Source: Trichoplax adhaerens
Taxonomy: Eukaryota; Animalia; Placozoa
Length of the DNA stretch: 64,000 bases
Direction: 5' to 3'
NCBI RefSeq assembly: GCF_000150275.1
Contig: NW_002060945.1
Location: 1,306,199 to 1,370,198 of the forward strand
Shown: one piece after another, positions 1 to 13,569 of the stretch
Position numbering within the stretch: position 1 is the first letter of the stretch
Layout: the number at the start of each line of letters is the position of its first letter
The notes under the pieces: model-generated
What the model was told of the DNA's origin: nothing
Seen by the model: only the letters and a program-made list of their open reading frames with translations
Database searches by the model: none
Translations under genes and position numbers: made by a program

Positions 1-1341
1 AATTAATTACAGCATAGGCGTATTTATTTCCCAGTTGTTCACAATCTTAATATCAGAATGCCCCCTCTGTTTACTAAAGTATTTACCTTTTAAGTTGTAT
101 TGATAATTAATTACATAAAGTGAAGCATATTTTATCATGATATCATGATATTTAGCATATAAGTATAGGGAACGGAAAAAATCAATCAGTAGTCAATCTT
201 ATACAGCCTAAACAGTTATTAAGTGGTTTTAGACATTTTTTATAGTAAGGACTAGGATTTTCGACCTATTATCTATTCTATTTTGACAATCAATAATACC
301 CTTATTGTATGGTTAGATGCAATTTCAGGTCTATTCACTTTCATCTTTGCTTCTGGTTAGTCATATAAAAATGTCAACAGTAACTGAACTGGTCATTGAT
401 GGCGTTAAAAGTTCTTAACCCGACTAGATTAATGGAATTATTTAATTTATTCCAATAATCTTGATTTTCTTATTAGAATCGACTACACCACGAAATCTTT
501 ACTGCAGTGATTAGCCTTTACTGCTGTCGTCATGAAACTGAATTTATGAAATTGATCAAGATTTCTGGATCAATCAACTAATATGATCTCATCTATTTTT
601 GTGCCTGTTACTGTAGGAGATTTATCATTACACCCGTAGTTCTTAGTGCTAAAATAATAGCATTACATGCTTAAAATATTGCCACATTTACTTCTCCAAA
701 ATCAATTGTACAAGAATATCTTTGTTGCAGTAATTGCCATTTTGTATTTATTGGTGCTAATGATTTTATTTACGAAATCAGTCAAAACTTATCTGCGATT
801 TCTATCTCATATATTCATATATCATTAAAAAATGCCCTAAATTTTCTTGTAAATCACTGTCATGACGATATATTTATTTGTTTATGTAAGATGGTGCAGA
901 TTATCACATAATAAAATTTAATCAGCCCTCTGCGCATGCAAATTCACTTCAAATTAATTTTCAATAAAGAATAATAACAATTAATCCTTGTATAACTTCA
1001 AAATAATACGACAGGTACAGTTAAATATATAAATATCCCTTTTCTCGGAGATAAAGGTAACAAAAATTGGCAATTAATTGATCTAGGCAATCATTTGTTA
1101 TATTGTACGATACATTTCGAAATTGTTAATATAACAGAGATAATAATATCAGCGATAGAGATGATTCACAATTTAATAATAAATTTATTGTTAACTGAGA
1201 ATTAGTTAAAGTCACGTTGCCGGTAATTAATAAAGTGAGTATGATACTGATTTTTAATAATTAATCTAATAAACCTTTATTATTTGATACTTATTTACTT
1301 TTCTCGCAGCTAGGAGTAGTTGGGCTTTAAACAAAAATAGG

Positions 1342-4300
1342 ATGGAGGATCACGCACAGGTTTGATATTTGTAGAAATTTTCATGGCTTGTATCCATTAA
1401 AGTGGCCTAGAATTGCCTTTAGTAAATTGATATTCTAATATAATAATCACACTAACATTAAAGCCTATTTTAAAAGATATTTAGGCCACGTAATACTTTA
1501 AATAAAACTATTAGCACTAATCTGTTAAGAGTATTTATGCAGATAAAATGTCTATAAGAATTTAAATGCGAGTATGTAGGTAGCGATTAAAGCGAACTTA
1601 TAGCTTTTAATTTAGTTTATTTATTATAACTAATGTCTTTTAATAAAATCTATTACAACTCATAATTATTGTTATAAAATTCGGACAGCTCATTCAATCT
1701 ATTACTTTTCTAGCCATTGGATGTTGAGCCATTATGGTATATTTGGAAGGTAAGAGTTAAAGTTGATATATCATTTTAGCCATTATTATGGTATCTTCCA
1801 TAACGTGATTGGAATTTCACGAGGCTATTGAAAATATTATATGATAATATTATAGAAACTCGAAGATGCTACAAGCCAATCCCTTATTCGACAACATATT
1901 CATTCTTTAAGGTAAAAGTTTATTATGTAGTTATATCACTAAATCCGAATGTATAAAATATGACTAGTGCCGGCAAGTACATTAATTCAATCTTCTTGGT
2001 ACACAGATATTTACTCAGTTTCCCATATTAAATATAGGGAAATCATCATGCAAATGACATTCCATGTTGAATGGAAGTTAAAAGATTGCCAGCAAGGTCT
2101 TGTATCTCATCATATTATCAAGTAAGTTATTAATAGTGAAAAGAGTAAAGCATTCCAGAATGGCATTCTTGAAATTAATACTCACACACTTTATGATGTC
2201 TTATGATGATTTGAGAGTCAAGATTGCATTTTACTTAAAATAAGGCAAATGATGATATTAACAAAGATAAATAACGTAGTATATTTAAAACAAATGCACT
2301 GTTAATATTTTTTACATTACATAATAATTTGAAGATCGATGTTGCATTTGTAAGGAGAGGAGAATAATGATGATAAACAGTATAATTCGTTGGCATAGTA
2401 TTCTTTAAGTAAATGTATACCTATGCAATGTATGTTACAATTAGTGATGTGGCTTTTCCTAAAATTTAGTTACTACAATAAGGATAGTATTAGTGCCGCA
2501 GAACACCTGAATATATTAATCTAAAGATAAATATATGCGCAGATTTATAACTCATTACGATGATTTCAAGATTGATTTTCATCTTACTAGGAATAGGGCA
2601 ATTTTTAATTGTAATCAAACTATATCTCCCGTTAGTGATAGTAGTAAGAAAAATTTACAAGTGAAACCTTACTGTGATTGTAGGTAAGAAATTGGCGATG
2701 ATTCTTTCTATCGGAGGTTATAAAAGATTCTTTATTGTACTTTCTTTAATTATTATTCACTTTTGGTATATTTCTAGGGACAAAGTTATAAGCTATTTAT
2801 TTTATTTACTTGGAAACACTAACGAGTACGATAATTTATAGAATACTGATATAAAGTAAACTTTCTAGAGCATAAGCTGAATGATATTTTAAGATAACAT
2901 CTTACTGTCTTTAAATAATAAAGCTATGACTTGCAATTTGAATCCATGGATATTATTGTCATCTTACTCAACTATGATCTAACAATAAATTGCCATTACG
3001 CAGCCATAACTCCAGGTATTTATAGTATTATCTTATAACCAAGCTATTAAGCCATTTTAATTTCAAAAAGTAGTGTTACGAATATATATCAACTTATTTC
3101 ATATCTTGTGTTACAGCTGAACATGAATTACTAATCCAACTGCTTTCATCGCCATATGAAGAGATTGCTATTAAATCTATTCAGATTTTACAAGTTTATG
3201 CGAGTAAATATTTATAAAAGTACAACATTATCAAATACCCTATCCGATACCATAGTACTCACTAAAGTATATTGAATATTGTATAATAATTATTTAGCTT
3301 ATAATGTACGATGTAAATACGTTTGATTTTGTTTCTTTACTTTCTAAAACAAAAGCAATCGGCGTAATGATTTATAGTACATGATTATTTGATGAAATTA
3401 TTTTCATCCCCATTTGACTAGAAACATTTACCGTTTCAAAACGCCAATTTATACAGGAATTAGTAAAGGTTGTCAATGCTGAAAGATCGGTAAGACTATT
3501 CGAATGCTTTCGCCTTATACTGTAATTTAGTCTAGAGCAAAACTATTATTAAATTTTTTCTGCCTCGATAAACTTACTATTAAAATTATTTTGTAACAGA
3601 CTGAATTTTTGCAAGCAACGGCATCGACTTTAAACATTTGTATTCGATTATTCTATCTTGTACAAGAGAATTTTGCTGCTGTGAGAAGATTTATAGCCTG
3701 CTTAAATTACTTTATTAATCACTGAAGCATGAACAGCATTTTTCTGCATCAATTAAGAGAAAGAATAATAATTTATGCGCATATTTCTTACAGATAATGC
3801 AAATTATCGCTATTTTAATTCAGTCTGATAGCGTTAAGGTAAATTATAATTATTATCGAAAGGAGAGAAAAAGTAGAATTTTCTTATTTATTATCATTCA
3901 AAACCATTCCTAAGAAGTGTCCAAATATTAAATAGATTTTAGAAGAAATTATCGACATATTAAGACTTATTCTACGATTATCGCATTCAATCGGAGGTGA
4001 AGGCAAAGTAAGCTTACTTCTACCAGTAGCTAAATATTTGTCAATTCTTTATGGTTATAACCTAGACATATCAAATCACGCGCCTAAATTTCAATATTAA
4101 GTTTGTTATAATAATGATTCCGATTACTTCTGATCCAATGATAATATTCGACTTTTGTAGACTGTTTTTTACTCTATCATTGGAAGAATATTGGAAATCA
4201 TGTCTAGTCAATCGAAATCTCTTCAGGTCAGAATTGATTACGGTATAAATAATAATCAGACTTAATTATAAGTGTTTTCATATAAATTGAAAGTAATCTC

Positions 4301-7300
4301 GGAAATGTGGAAATAATATGAAAACTTAACTTAGAAGCTATTTACTTTGATTAAATAGCAGTTGTCATTACGTGACATAATCTTGCTGAGCCTTATCGTT
4401 ACTTTATGAAGTAATAGTTTAACTACTACCCTGACGACACTATAGAACGAAAGAATTAGTAACAAACTTAAGTTTTGAAAACAATTTATTAATTAGTTTG
4501 CACTAAATTTGAGGCTGACAGCAATATCTACCATTAGCCTATTAATGTATTATACGTTAAATTTGGGCTCTATACGTGTATAGCAAATTATAAGCTTTTA
4601 TTACCATGCTTAGTACTGCAATATATTCCCTCTCATGCATTGCAAACGTAACTTGTGTTTAGTGGACCAGCCTGGCAATATTAAAGCTAGTTTATCCATA
4701 GATCATATTTTACTTAAGCAATTCTTCATTTGATTTGTTATTTGAGCCATAATTACTGCTTTATATTATCATAGCATTTCTTAGCATGCTCATTGCACAA
4801 CTTATGATTATTTAGGAAGCAACGCTACGTCTTACCGAAGACTTAATCCGAAAAAATGATTTCGTTGGTGTTTCTAAAGTTAGTATATCGTACAATGTAT
4901 TTCATATTTGTTAGGATTGACAAAATATCATAAAATCTGCCTAACATCATTGCTTAAACAGTTAAAACTATTTATAAATTGATGTAAAAGTTATGGATAG
5001 GTGATCAAGTTATTAGCCATCTTAAGGTCATATTGCAAAATCATCAAGATTATGGCATCTACCAAATAACAGTGAGTAGTCGTGTACGAGCTTGAACCCA
5101 ACATCCTTTCCAATTGAGCTAAATAAATTGGCTATTGAATCATTTTGATAGATCGTTTTAGAAACTATCGAAAGAATGATGGACAACCATAGACCCATAA
5201 TACAAGTACTGCCAATACCAGATATGTATTTACAATTTTGTCTATTTCTAAGGGAATCTCGTCTGTTACAGGTGGTCATAGATCAGGATATTATTACGCC
5301 AATTTTAAATTGCACGAATATCGTAAGCTATTGATGTTTCCTTATCTTATTTCAATTTTATACTAACACGATAGAAGAAATAGTAAATTTGTATATGAAT
5401 GGATATTCTAAAGGATAAATCAGCTTTACAACCTATGATACAGCTCATTAGATTGCCGCTAGTTTATATCAGTTCAATGTTTAGTAATAATACTCTGAGA
5501 ATAAGATTTTAATTCCATATAAAATTCATCTAGGTAGAACATAACAAAATACTCTTATAATTCGGAATTTATAAAGTTGCTATCCGACTGCAATAGTTAT
5601 AAGAATTAAGCATCTGATGATATAAGGTTGACGATCGACAAAGATTACCAACGCACATCTGAAAGCTAAAAAATGTTCCAAACTCCTACTCAAACAGTGC
5701 ATGACTTTGAATAGTTAACAATTCAGTAAATAAATAAGGAACTAAGCGATTTTAGATATTCATCTTGTAGCATGTTAATGTGTTTTTAACTAGAATTTTT
5801 TTCATGACAACTACCTGGACGTTGTCTTTAAAGATTATATATTACTATTTTCTTGTACATTGCGTTTCTTTATTAAGATAGCTTATTTATTGTAATTCTC
5901 ATCAGAAGATGCCATTACATCCTATACATATATATAAACAGATGATTTAATAATGAATACAGAGAATAAGAAATATTCTGTGTATAATTCAATTTTAGTA
6001 TTCTGACCTACATTGGATAACCTGGAGGATCATTCTTCGTGCAGTTAAATTTAGGCCAAAAGAGCAGGTTACGAAATAAATGTATATGGCGTATTTAAAC
6101 TTAACTATTGTCATGTGATATTTTAAAATACTGTATATCACTTTAACATCAATTTCTAGGTCCAGTCATTAATGAAGCACTATAACTTGACATATCTCCT
6201 ATGTAATAAATTGCAGACGGAAAATGATTGCAAGGTAAAATTCAATGATATATGGAACTATATCTATATCTATCTTATTTACTATAATGCAAAGCATCCT
6301 GTAGAACTATTACTAAGCAAAATTTTATGATCAATTTTAAATCTACACATACTGCAATACTGTAAATGCTGATAGGGCCGAATATTCTATATTATTTGTT
6401 ACCCATAGTTAAAGAATTAATATAAAATTTAAAATATTCATATACTGTACACCAGAACTTAAATGTAAAAGTTCTAAAACTGAGGAAGTCATGCAGACAT
6501 CATTTGATAGCTTCTAAGATTTTCGTAAGGCGATACATATGAACGTCTATATATTACTGACAGCCTTACTCCTTACAGCACGGATTATCTCTTAGCGTAG
6601 TATGCTGTACTATCGTCAGCATTTTAAAATAATGCTCTACGATAATATAGCCTACAAATTAAATCTTTTAGGAATAACCTTGTATCTGGAAGCCAGAGTG
6701 TTTTCTTATAGTGTGCAATTGTTTTAATAAGAATTTGTAGCCTCGCTTTTTCTTTAGATATAATAGGCTAAAGGAAGAAACGTAGTCATACAGCAATCGA
6801 TTTTTTCAATTCATGTTCTTAGTCATTTTTATATGATATAAATATTAATTGACATATTTTTATATAATGTAGAGCTTAAAAAATGTACTAAAAACCATGT
6901 TGTCATTTACAGAAATCTTAAAGGTAAATATATTACTCATATTAGATACTCTTTTTAAATCTTGTGGAGTGTACGTGTATACTGCAATATCATCGTCTCC
7001 AAGTTGATGCTTTCAGGAAGTAAAGTGCTTAGAATATTGCAAACATAACCTTTTCTATATTTCCTTAGGGCATGCCAGATCTAACATCCAAAATGAAAAT
7101 AGATGGTAAGCTACCTTCGAGCATGTTGTAATAGCTAAATATTCTAGCAATTTGGATTTTTTATCTAATATCCAAGTTCATCATGACATTGTGTTAGTAG
7201 AGATTCAAAATGCAATCAACCTATCATGTTATAATCCGTTGATTTTTTTGGTAGTATTATCTAGGATCGATCTAATATGCAATAAATATAAAGATGATCA

Positions 7301-7373
7301 GAGATTAATACAACTTGCTCAGGAACTCCATCATTTACTAAATCGTAAAAATTCTAACTGCCGATTGATGTAG
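1342..7373 (+). CDS. Divergent importin-alpha-like armadillo-repeat protein, paralogue A (multi-exon; ends in CaaX CRLM)
   Basis: Phase-consistent GT-AG exons: 1342-1359 MEDHAQ, 1714-1749 PLDVEPLWYIWK, 1856-1911 KLEDATSQSLIRQHIHSLR, 2924-3015 YDLQFESMDII, 3117-3203 LLIQLLSSPYEEIAIKSIQILQVYA, 3600-3680 TEFLQATASTLNIC, 3794-3838 IMQIIAILIQSDSVK, 5272-5322 VVIDQDIITPILNC, 6160-6234 VQSLMKHYNLTYLLCNKL, 7255-7373 VLSRID...NCRLM*. These peptides align in order with importin-alpha ARM repeats (LQFEA, LLxSP, FLRN..VNLC, VID, FCNLL). The start codon and the exons between ~2040 and ~2780 are not fully resolved. Confidence 0.75.
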
Positions 7374-7914
7374 AAAAACAATTTGAATTTTCTCGTAAAA
7401 TACTGAGTAATTCGGTTCAATAAATGGAATAATTGTGGCATTGAATATAAATTGAAATTCACTTTTTTTAATAATTATGTAGAAATAGCGACTGATCTGT
7501 CACCCATGATTCCTGTTAAAAAATCATTTCGAAGTAATAAATGCAGAGACGTCTATTACGAGGTTTTGATAATCTTGTTTAACATCATTTGCGATCAGAT
7601 TCTAATTATTACTAATAATAACGTTAGTTATCAGTTCTCAACAGTTTATATCTCGCGTGATTTCTATATGGTGTTAGTATAGTCAACGGAAATGATGTTT
7701 CTTGCAATATTAACCGCTTAAAATTGAATTAGCTTTACTATTACTTATAGCTTACAACGGACAATAGAAACGAGCACGTATGTAAAAGGTGACCATAGAG
7801 TTATCCTAATACGCTTTAATTTGAAAAAATAAAGGAAGATTACGATTATTAAGTTGCGATATTTATAATTCTATGAATGACTGAACCTTGAATAAATAAA
7901 CTGCAACTGAGTAG

Positions 7915-8230
7915 TTATTTTAAAATGTACTTAAAATAATAAGGAAAATGAGATAATTTATTTGCCATTCAGATTCAAAAGCTAGTCGTATGATGAATTT
8001 GAAGGGTATTTTCGTGGAATAAGAATCTCTGAACTTAATACTAAACGAAATGAATGACTAAAACTTTAAATAAATAATCTATTATTGACTAATCATTTTA
8101 AAATGTACTTAAAAATAATAAAGATAAAGAGATAATCTACTCGTTATTCAGATTCAAAAGTTAGTTGTGCGACGAATTCGAAGGATATTTTCTTGGAATA
8201 AGAATATGTAAACCTAATGTTAAACTTGAA
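7915..8230. repeat. ~180-bp direct duplication
   Basis: ttttaaaatgtacttaaaataataa...gagataat...ttcagattcaaaa...gaagg.tatttt..tggaataagaat occurs twice. Confidence 0.9.
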
Positions 8231-10399
8231 ACTCACGGATAGAACCAACTAGGTTTTTCATCTTTACCTTCACGTTCATTAATATTATCGTACATAATAT
8301 ACTCATATAGTCAACCTATTAATCATTTGAAATCTTTATTTTACGTTATATTCATGCTTTACTTGATTTATAGTATAAACTATAAGCGAAATAGACTACA
8401 ATATCAGAGCTCTCATCTAGATTTCATGATTAGTTGTGATTCATTTACAAGGGCACTTTCTCTATCAATTTTTATTTCGATCGATTTCCAGACCAGTCTG
8501 AGGCCACGATAATAATTGTCTTCTTATTGCTTTGTAAAATTTTGTCAATGTAAACTTATCTCCGGTAGAAGGCATTAAATCGGTAAATTTAAGTAGAGTA
8601 GCTCAGATACCCAGTCTTTCTCAGATAGATTAAGTAGCTCGTATTAGCGGTAACTGTTTTGACTAGCCATATGTATTAATGAACATTTTTACTTAAATGG
8701 CTCTTTAACTAAAATCAACTACATCATTAGTGAAATTGAACCGCGGTGATCAAAAATCTAATAAGCTTGTTGATACCGATTCAGAGTATGCCCGGTATAG
8801 GGTTCTAAATTGTTGTTACTCTACAAGTTGAAATAAACTATTTATGGATATTTAATCTTTTACAGAATCACCCTAGTATATTAATGCTTTTCCATGCTGA
8901 TTCTCATTAACTGTAAGTGTTAGTAAAGATTTTTACCAGACCGATTCTTTATTAAATCAATTACCCCATTATTGAAACTAAAAGCTGAAATTAAATCACG
9001 ATGACGACTAATTCAGCAATCCTCTTCGATTACATGTTCCTATACATGACAGATACTCGACAAGCGCTTTTATATGATCGATATATAAATATAAAAATAC
9101 TAATTTTATGTATTTCAATCTCTTCCTGTAAGATTAGTCCGGTAGGTTAATACTTTCTCATGTAGAATTTACAGCTAACTAGAAGCCATGATGAAGATAT
9201 TAACTCGGCAATTTCTTAATTGAAATAAATTACATCATTACCCAATTATTAATAAAACGGAAATTAAATCATGATAAAATAAGTAATCCAATAATCTTGT
9301 TAATTACTTATTCAAATACACGATCTATATGCGTTTTTAAGCGATTATTGTCTATAAATCTAAAGAAATTGGTGTAGTGTTCAGTTCAACACTTTCTTTT
9401 GTAGAATTTATAGCTACTTGTACATATTTGATTGTAATAATTTCTTGGTTCGTGCTTAATACAAACTACGTTGATTCCTTATTTGTATACAATTTTGAAA
9501 AGTTATTGCAAAACTGTTTCAAAGTTCAACATTCATTCTAGATCCTACTTATCCCATATTTATATATAGAGAGTGCGCGCGTTTTATATGCCTTTCCTAG
9601 GATATGTTATTGGATCTTATCAACATGAACTCATGCAAGATGAATGAACTAAAAGTTATTTGTGCTTTTTCGATATCATTGTCAAAATGATCAGTAGAAC
9701 AATGATTCCAACATAACTAGACTATCATAGAAGTAACTTGATCGGTTATGGCGTTATTCAATCGATTACAAGGGTTTTGTCGTTCGAAATAGGACAATAT
9801 TAGCCGCGCATTGAAAAAATAACCCGAAGTACTTGACAACTAACATTAGTCATTATAACAATACTTTCAAAGTATTGCCATCTAACTTATTATTACCGAC
9901 GATAAAAGGCGTTGACATAATTGGACATCAATTGTTGGCTTACTTTACAACTATTGTCTAAAATGAAGGAAAAGCAAGAAAGATCATGGTGATAGCTATA
10001 TTGTCAACAAGAAGTCGTGTTGCGACAAAGCAAATAATCGTAACTTGGTTTTGTATTCATCCTAGACGACCTCCAAGATGCATTGATCATTTGTTTTAGA
10101 ATATCAACAAAGATATTCAACTCTATTCCATTTATTTCTTATCATAAAATCGTGCACTTCGTTTTTAACACTAGCCAGTAAGCCTAGGTAGGAAACTTGG
10201 ATACATCATTTGGGCTTGCTTCCACGATCCATCAACATTAATCCAAAATTACAACTATGGCGTTTATTAGCAATTATACTCAGGTTCGAATCATTTCTAT
10301 CTTTCTTGAAAACTTATTTCGATTTTTATATGCTTTGATAAGACAAGTTCTACCATTCATTTATTCACTCCTTACACAATTCAAACATTGACAATTTAT

Positions 10400-11010
10400 T
10401 TAAATCTCATTTAAAACGAAACTACTATGGGACAAGATGATCCTAAATTATGATTTTACAAATATTTGTTATGGATTTTATAAGTAGGCAGACGGTTACT
10501 TACAAGTAAAATTCGATATGTAGAAGTCTTAGAATCCTACTTCATGAAAAACTAATACACGCGGAATGACCATAAGTTATGATTTTAAAAACACTGTATC
10601 TGTTGCGGATTTTATAAGTAAGCTGACGATTACTTACATGTAAAATTCAGTATATAGAAATCTTAGAATATCAATCAATGTGAAACTACTATAGATGACA
10701 TGATTTTATAGGTAAGCAGACGATTACTTATATGTAAAATTTGATACGTAGAAATCATAAAATCCCACTTCATGTGAAACAACTAAGGATGAAATGGTCA
10801 CAAATTAAGGATTCATCAGTACACGATTGCTTATAAGTAAAATTCGATGTCTAGAAATCTCAGAATCCCATATAATGCGAAACCACCGTGGACGAAATGA
10901 TCCTAAATTGAGATTTTACAAACGCTGCATCTGTTATGCATTTTAAAAGTAAACAAACTATTGCTTACATCTAAAATTCGTTAAATAGAGATTTTAAAAA
11001 CGCTGCAAAA
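10400..11010. repeat. Degenerate tandem array (~100-130-bp units, ~5 copies)
   Basis: Recurrent gattttata(a/g)gta..cagacgattactta..gtaaaattcgat..agaaatc. Confidence 0.85.
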
Positions 11011-12199
11011 AAATTTTATCAATCTATTTTACTTTTAGGTAAAGGTGTTTACTCTATTATATGTAGTAAAATAGCTGTCTAATTCTATCTAATTACCTAT
11101 TACAAGTTATTTTTCGATTCAAATCTCACTTTTAAAAAAGCTTTCTAATCCAACGTGGACGGAAGCAGTTTAACAAGTTTAGGGTAATGATAACAAGTTA
11201 TTTTATTGAATGATTACCTAGTAAATTACTAAACATCCAAGAATTTAGTTATCAATTGTTAGAGGTCAAAAATCGATAAAAACTCACGCAATATAACATG
11301 CTTCTTCGTCACTTACGGAACCTGATGTTATTTTCAGCTATAATTGTGTCTTGAATCCATAGTAAGCCACAGAATTTGTGTTAATTCAGTAAATTCAAAG
11401 AGATAAAATATCGCTATCTTAATTCTTAATCAAGTCGATCACAAGCTGTAATTGCTAGCCTTAGTCTAGAAAATTTTACAGGCTTTTACTGAAAGTACGT
11501 AGTAAGGACTTGAAAATCTTTAGACGTTGCAAGTTAAGCAAGAGCAAATGTCCTTACGTATGTCTAGTGATCACTGATTAATTTATAGGTTATAGTTAAT
11601 TTAGAAATGCACGAATTTTTACTAAAAGTACTATGCAATCTGTACAAACAAGCTCATACCTGAGGCTACTAAATAAGGAACACTGTACCACTGCTTGTAC
11701 ATAACTGACATTTCAAAAATGCTAAGATCAGTGTAATACCTACAGTAAGACATAGAATAGCTATGTTAGGACCATAGAGAAGAACCTCAATGGTTAGGAT
11801 TTCCAAGTGTTGGGAAGGCTTACTGTAGATCCTACAGACATCTTACTACTGTATAATTTGCCGTCGAGGGTATAAAAGCAGAGAGTTTTTAAGGGAGGTG
11901 TTTTAGTATTTCGTAAGGAATGGAAAAATCTCCAAAACTGGACATATTATACTTAAGGGTGCCTAGTAATCATTTCTAGCGTCTCATCACGATATCGCAA
12001 CAAATAGAGGTTCAAGAAAATTAAACTTGCAATCCGAATTTCTAATCAAAGGCTTCTAACCACTATTATACCATCTACTAGTTAAATAATCAAGACAATT
12101 AGCGATACTACGGTATGGTATCAAATACATTAAGAAGTGATCAATATTGTTAGTTTGAGCATAAGTTTAACTTTCGTAAAACATTGAATTATGACTCGT

Positions 12200-12665
12200 A
12201 TTGACAGCTGACGAAGATGGAAGTTCTTGCCCTATAACTTTATTTAGCTACTAAACAAATTAGTTTATCACTCCTGGGTAGAGATCTGTCCAAATATCGG
12301 TTAAAATCCTTAGGGCTATGAAGTAATTGACGAGGTGGTTGCGTCAACATTGTTGATACTCGATTAGGCATAATTTATATTTTCCTCTAATACTTTTATA
12401 TATAGACAGATGACGGAAAGCTTCTTCCGTCAAATTACTCATGATAGCATAAAGACATCGCTTAATTACTCCTATTGCATAGAGATTTGTTCTGGCATTG
12501 GATGTCACCAGTAATGTTGTAATGTCGAAGTACGAAAGAAGAGTAATAAATGTAATTTTATATAGACAGATGACGGAATACCTCTTTCGTCAAGTTAATT
12601 TTGATAGCTTGAAAATATTACTTAATTATCACTGTTGGTCAGATTTATTCTGTCGCTAGACATCA
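12200..12665. repeat. Degenerate ~160-190-bp triplication
   Basis: tatagacagatgacggaa occurs at 12401 and 12561, with a weaker copy gacagctgacgaag at ~12203. Confidence 0.7.
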
Positions 12666-13569
12666 GCTTTGATGGCTATCGGTCATGCATTTTCAAAGCA
12701 TTTACAGTACAGAAACTGATTGTTCAAGGCCATCCAAATTTGTCTTCGCAATGGCTATTATTAATTGCTCGAATTGACAATGGCAGAACGCTATTTCTAG
12801 TCAACTACTTTCTAATAATATGAAAAATACTATTTAAATGATTAATAATGGACGCAATTCTATGCAAGAATGGTTAATAGTCATCAGTACTATCTATAAT
12901 GGCTCAGGTATAACGGCAAGAAATAATCAAGTACAATATAGAGTTTTCTGGCTTCCTGCTAATATCAATTACTGATGTTGACAGATTACAAAATGCCATT
13001 CCCCGATCGATTTACTTTCTAATACTGCGAAAATTATTACTCAGATTGTTATAGACAGAAAGAAAATTGATAATAAAAATTACGAATAAGTTTTATTATC
13101 ATAATATCATAATATGGAGTTCTAGGGAGAAACATATTACTGAAAATCATAGAATGCCGTCCTTGTTAAATTACTTTTAAATAATATGAAAAGCACTATT
13201 GAATTAAGACTAATAGATCAAAATCGATTGTATGAACGGAGCAAGTATTATAACAGTCTTCATATATGTTCAAGTTGCTTACCGTCTATGGTTAGCTTGA
13301 TCAATACCGTAGTTAATGCATTCTTGTTTATAATTGGTCATCACATTAATAATTTATCTCAAATTTTAATGACAAAAATAAAACAGCCGTTTTCCCCTTT
13401 CCATCAAACTATCCTTCAGTTACCAACTTATGAACGTAACATTCGTTCTACTTTCGTTAGCGGAATTTTATGGTTTTGCCTTCGTCTATCACGGCTTAAG
13501 GATTAGTTATTTCCATTTTTTAATAAGCTTTTTAAGGGCACTAAAGCGGCCAAAGTATTCTAGGATGGC

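Noticed and set aside
5028-5279. 83-aa minus-strand ORF
   Set aside because: Antisense to exons of paralogue A; no independent support.
9600-10330. Hydrophobic minus-strand segments suggesting a membrane-protein pseudogene
   Set aside because: No diagnostic motif could be recognised.
11790-11825. LGFPSVGKA, resembling a DRG/Obg or NACHT P-loop
   Set aside because: Isolated motif followed by stops, with no convincing downstream motifs; at most a relic.
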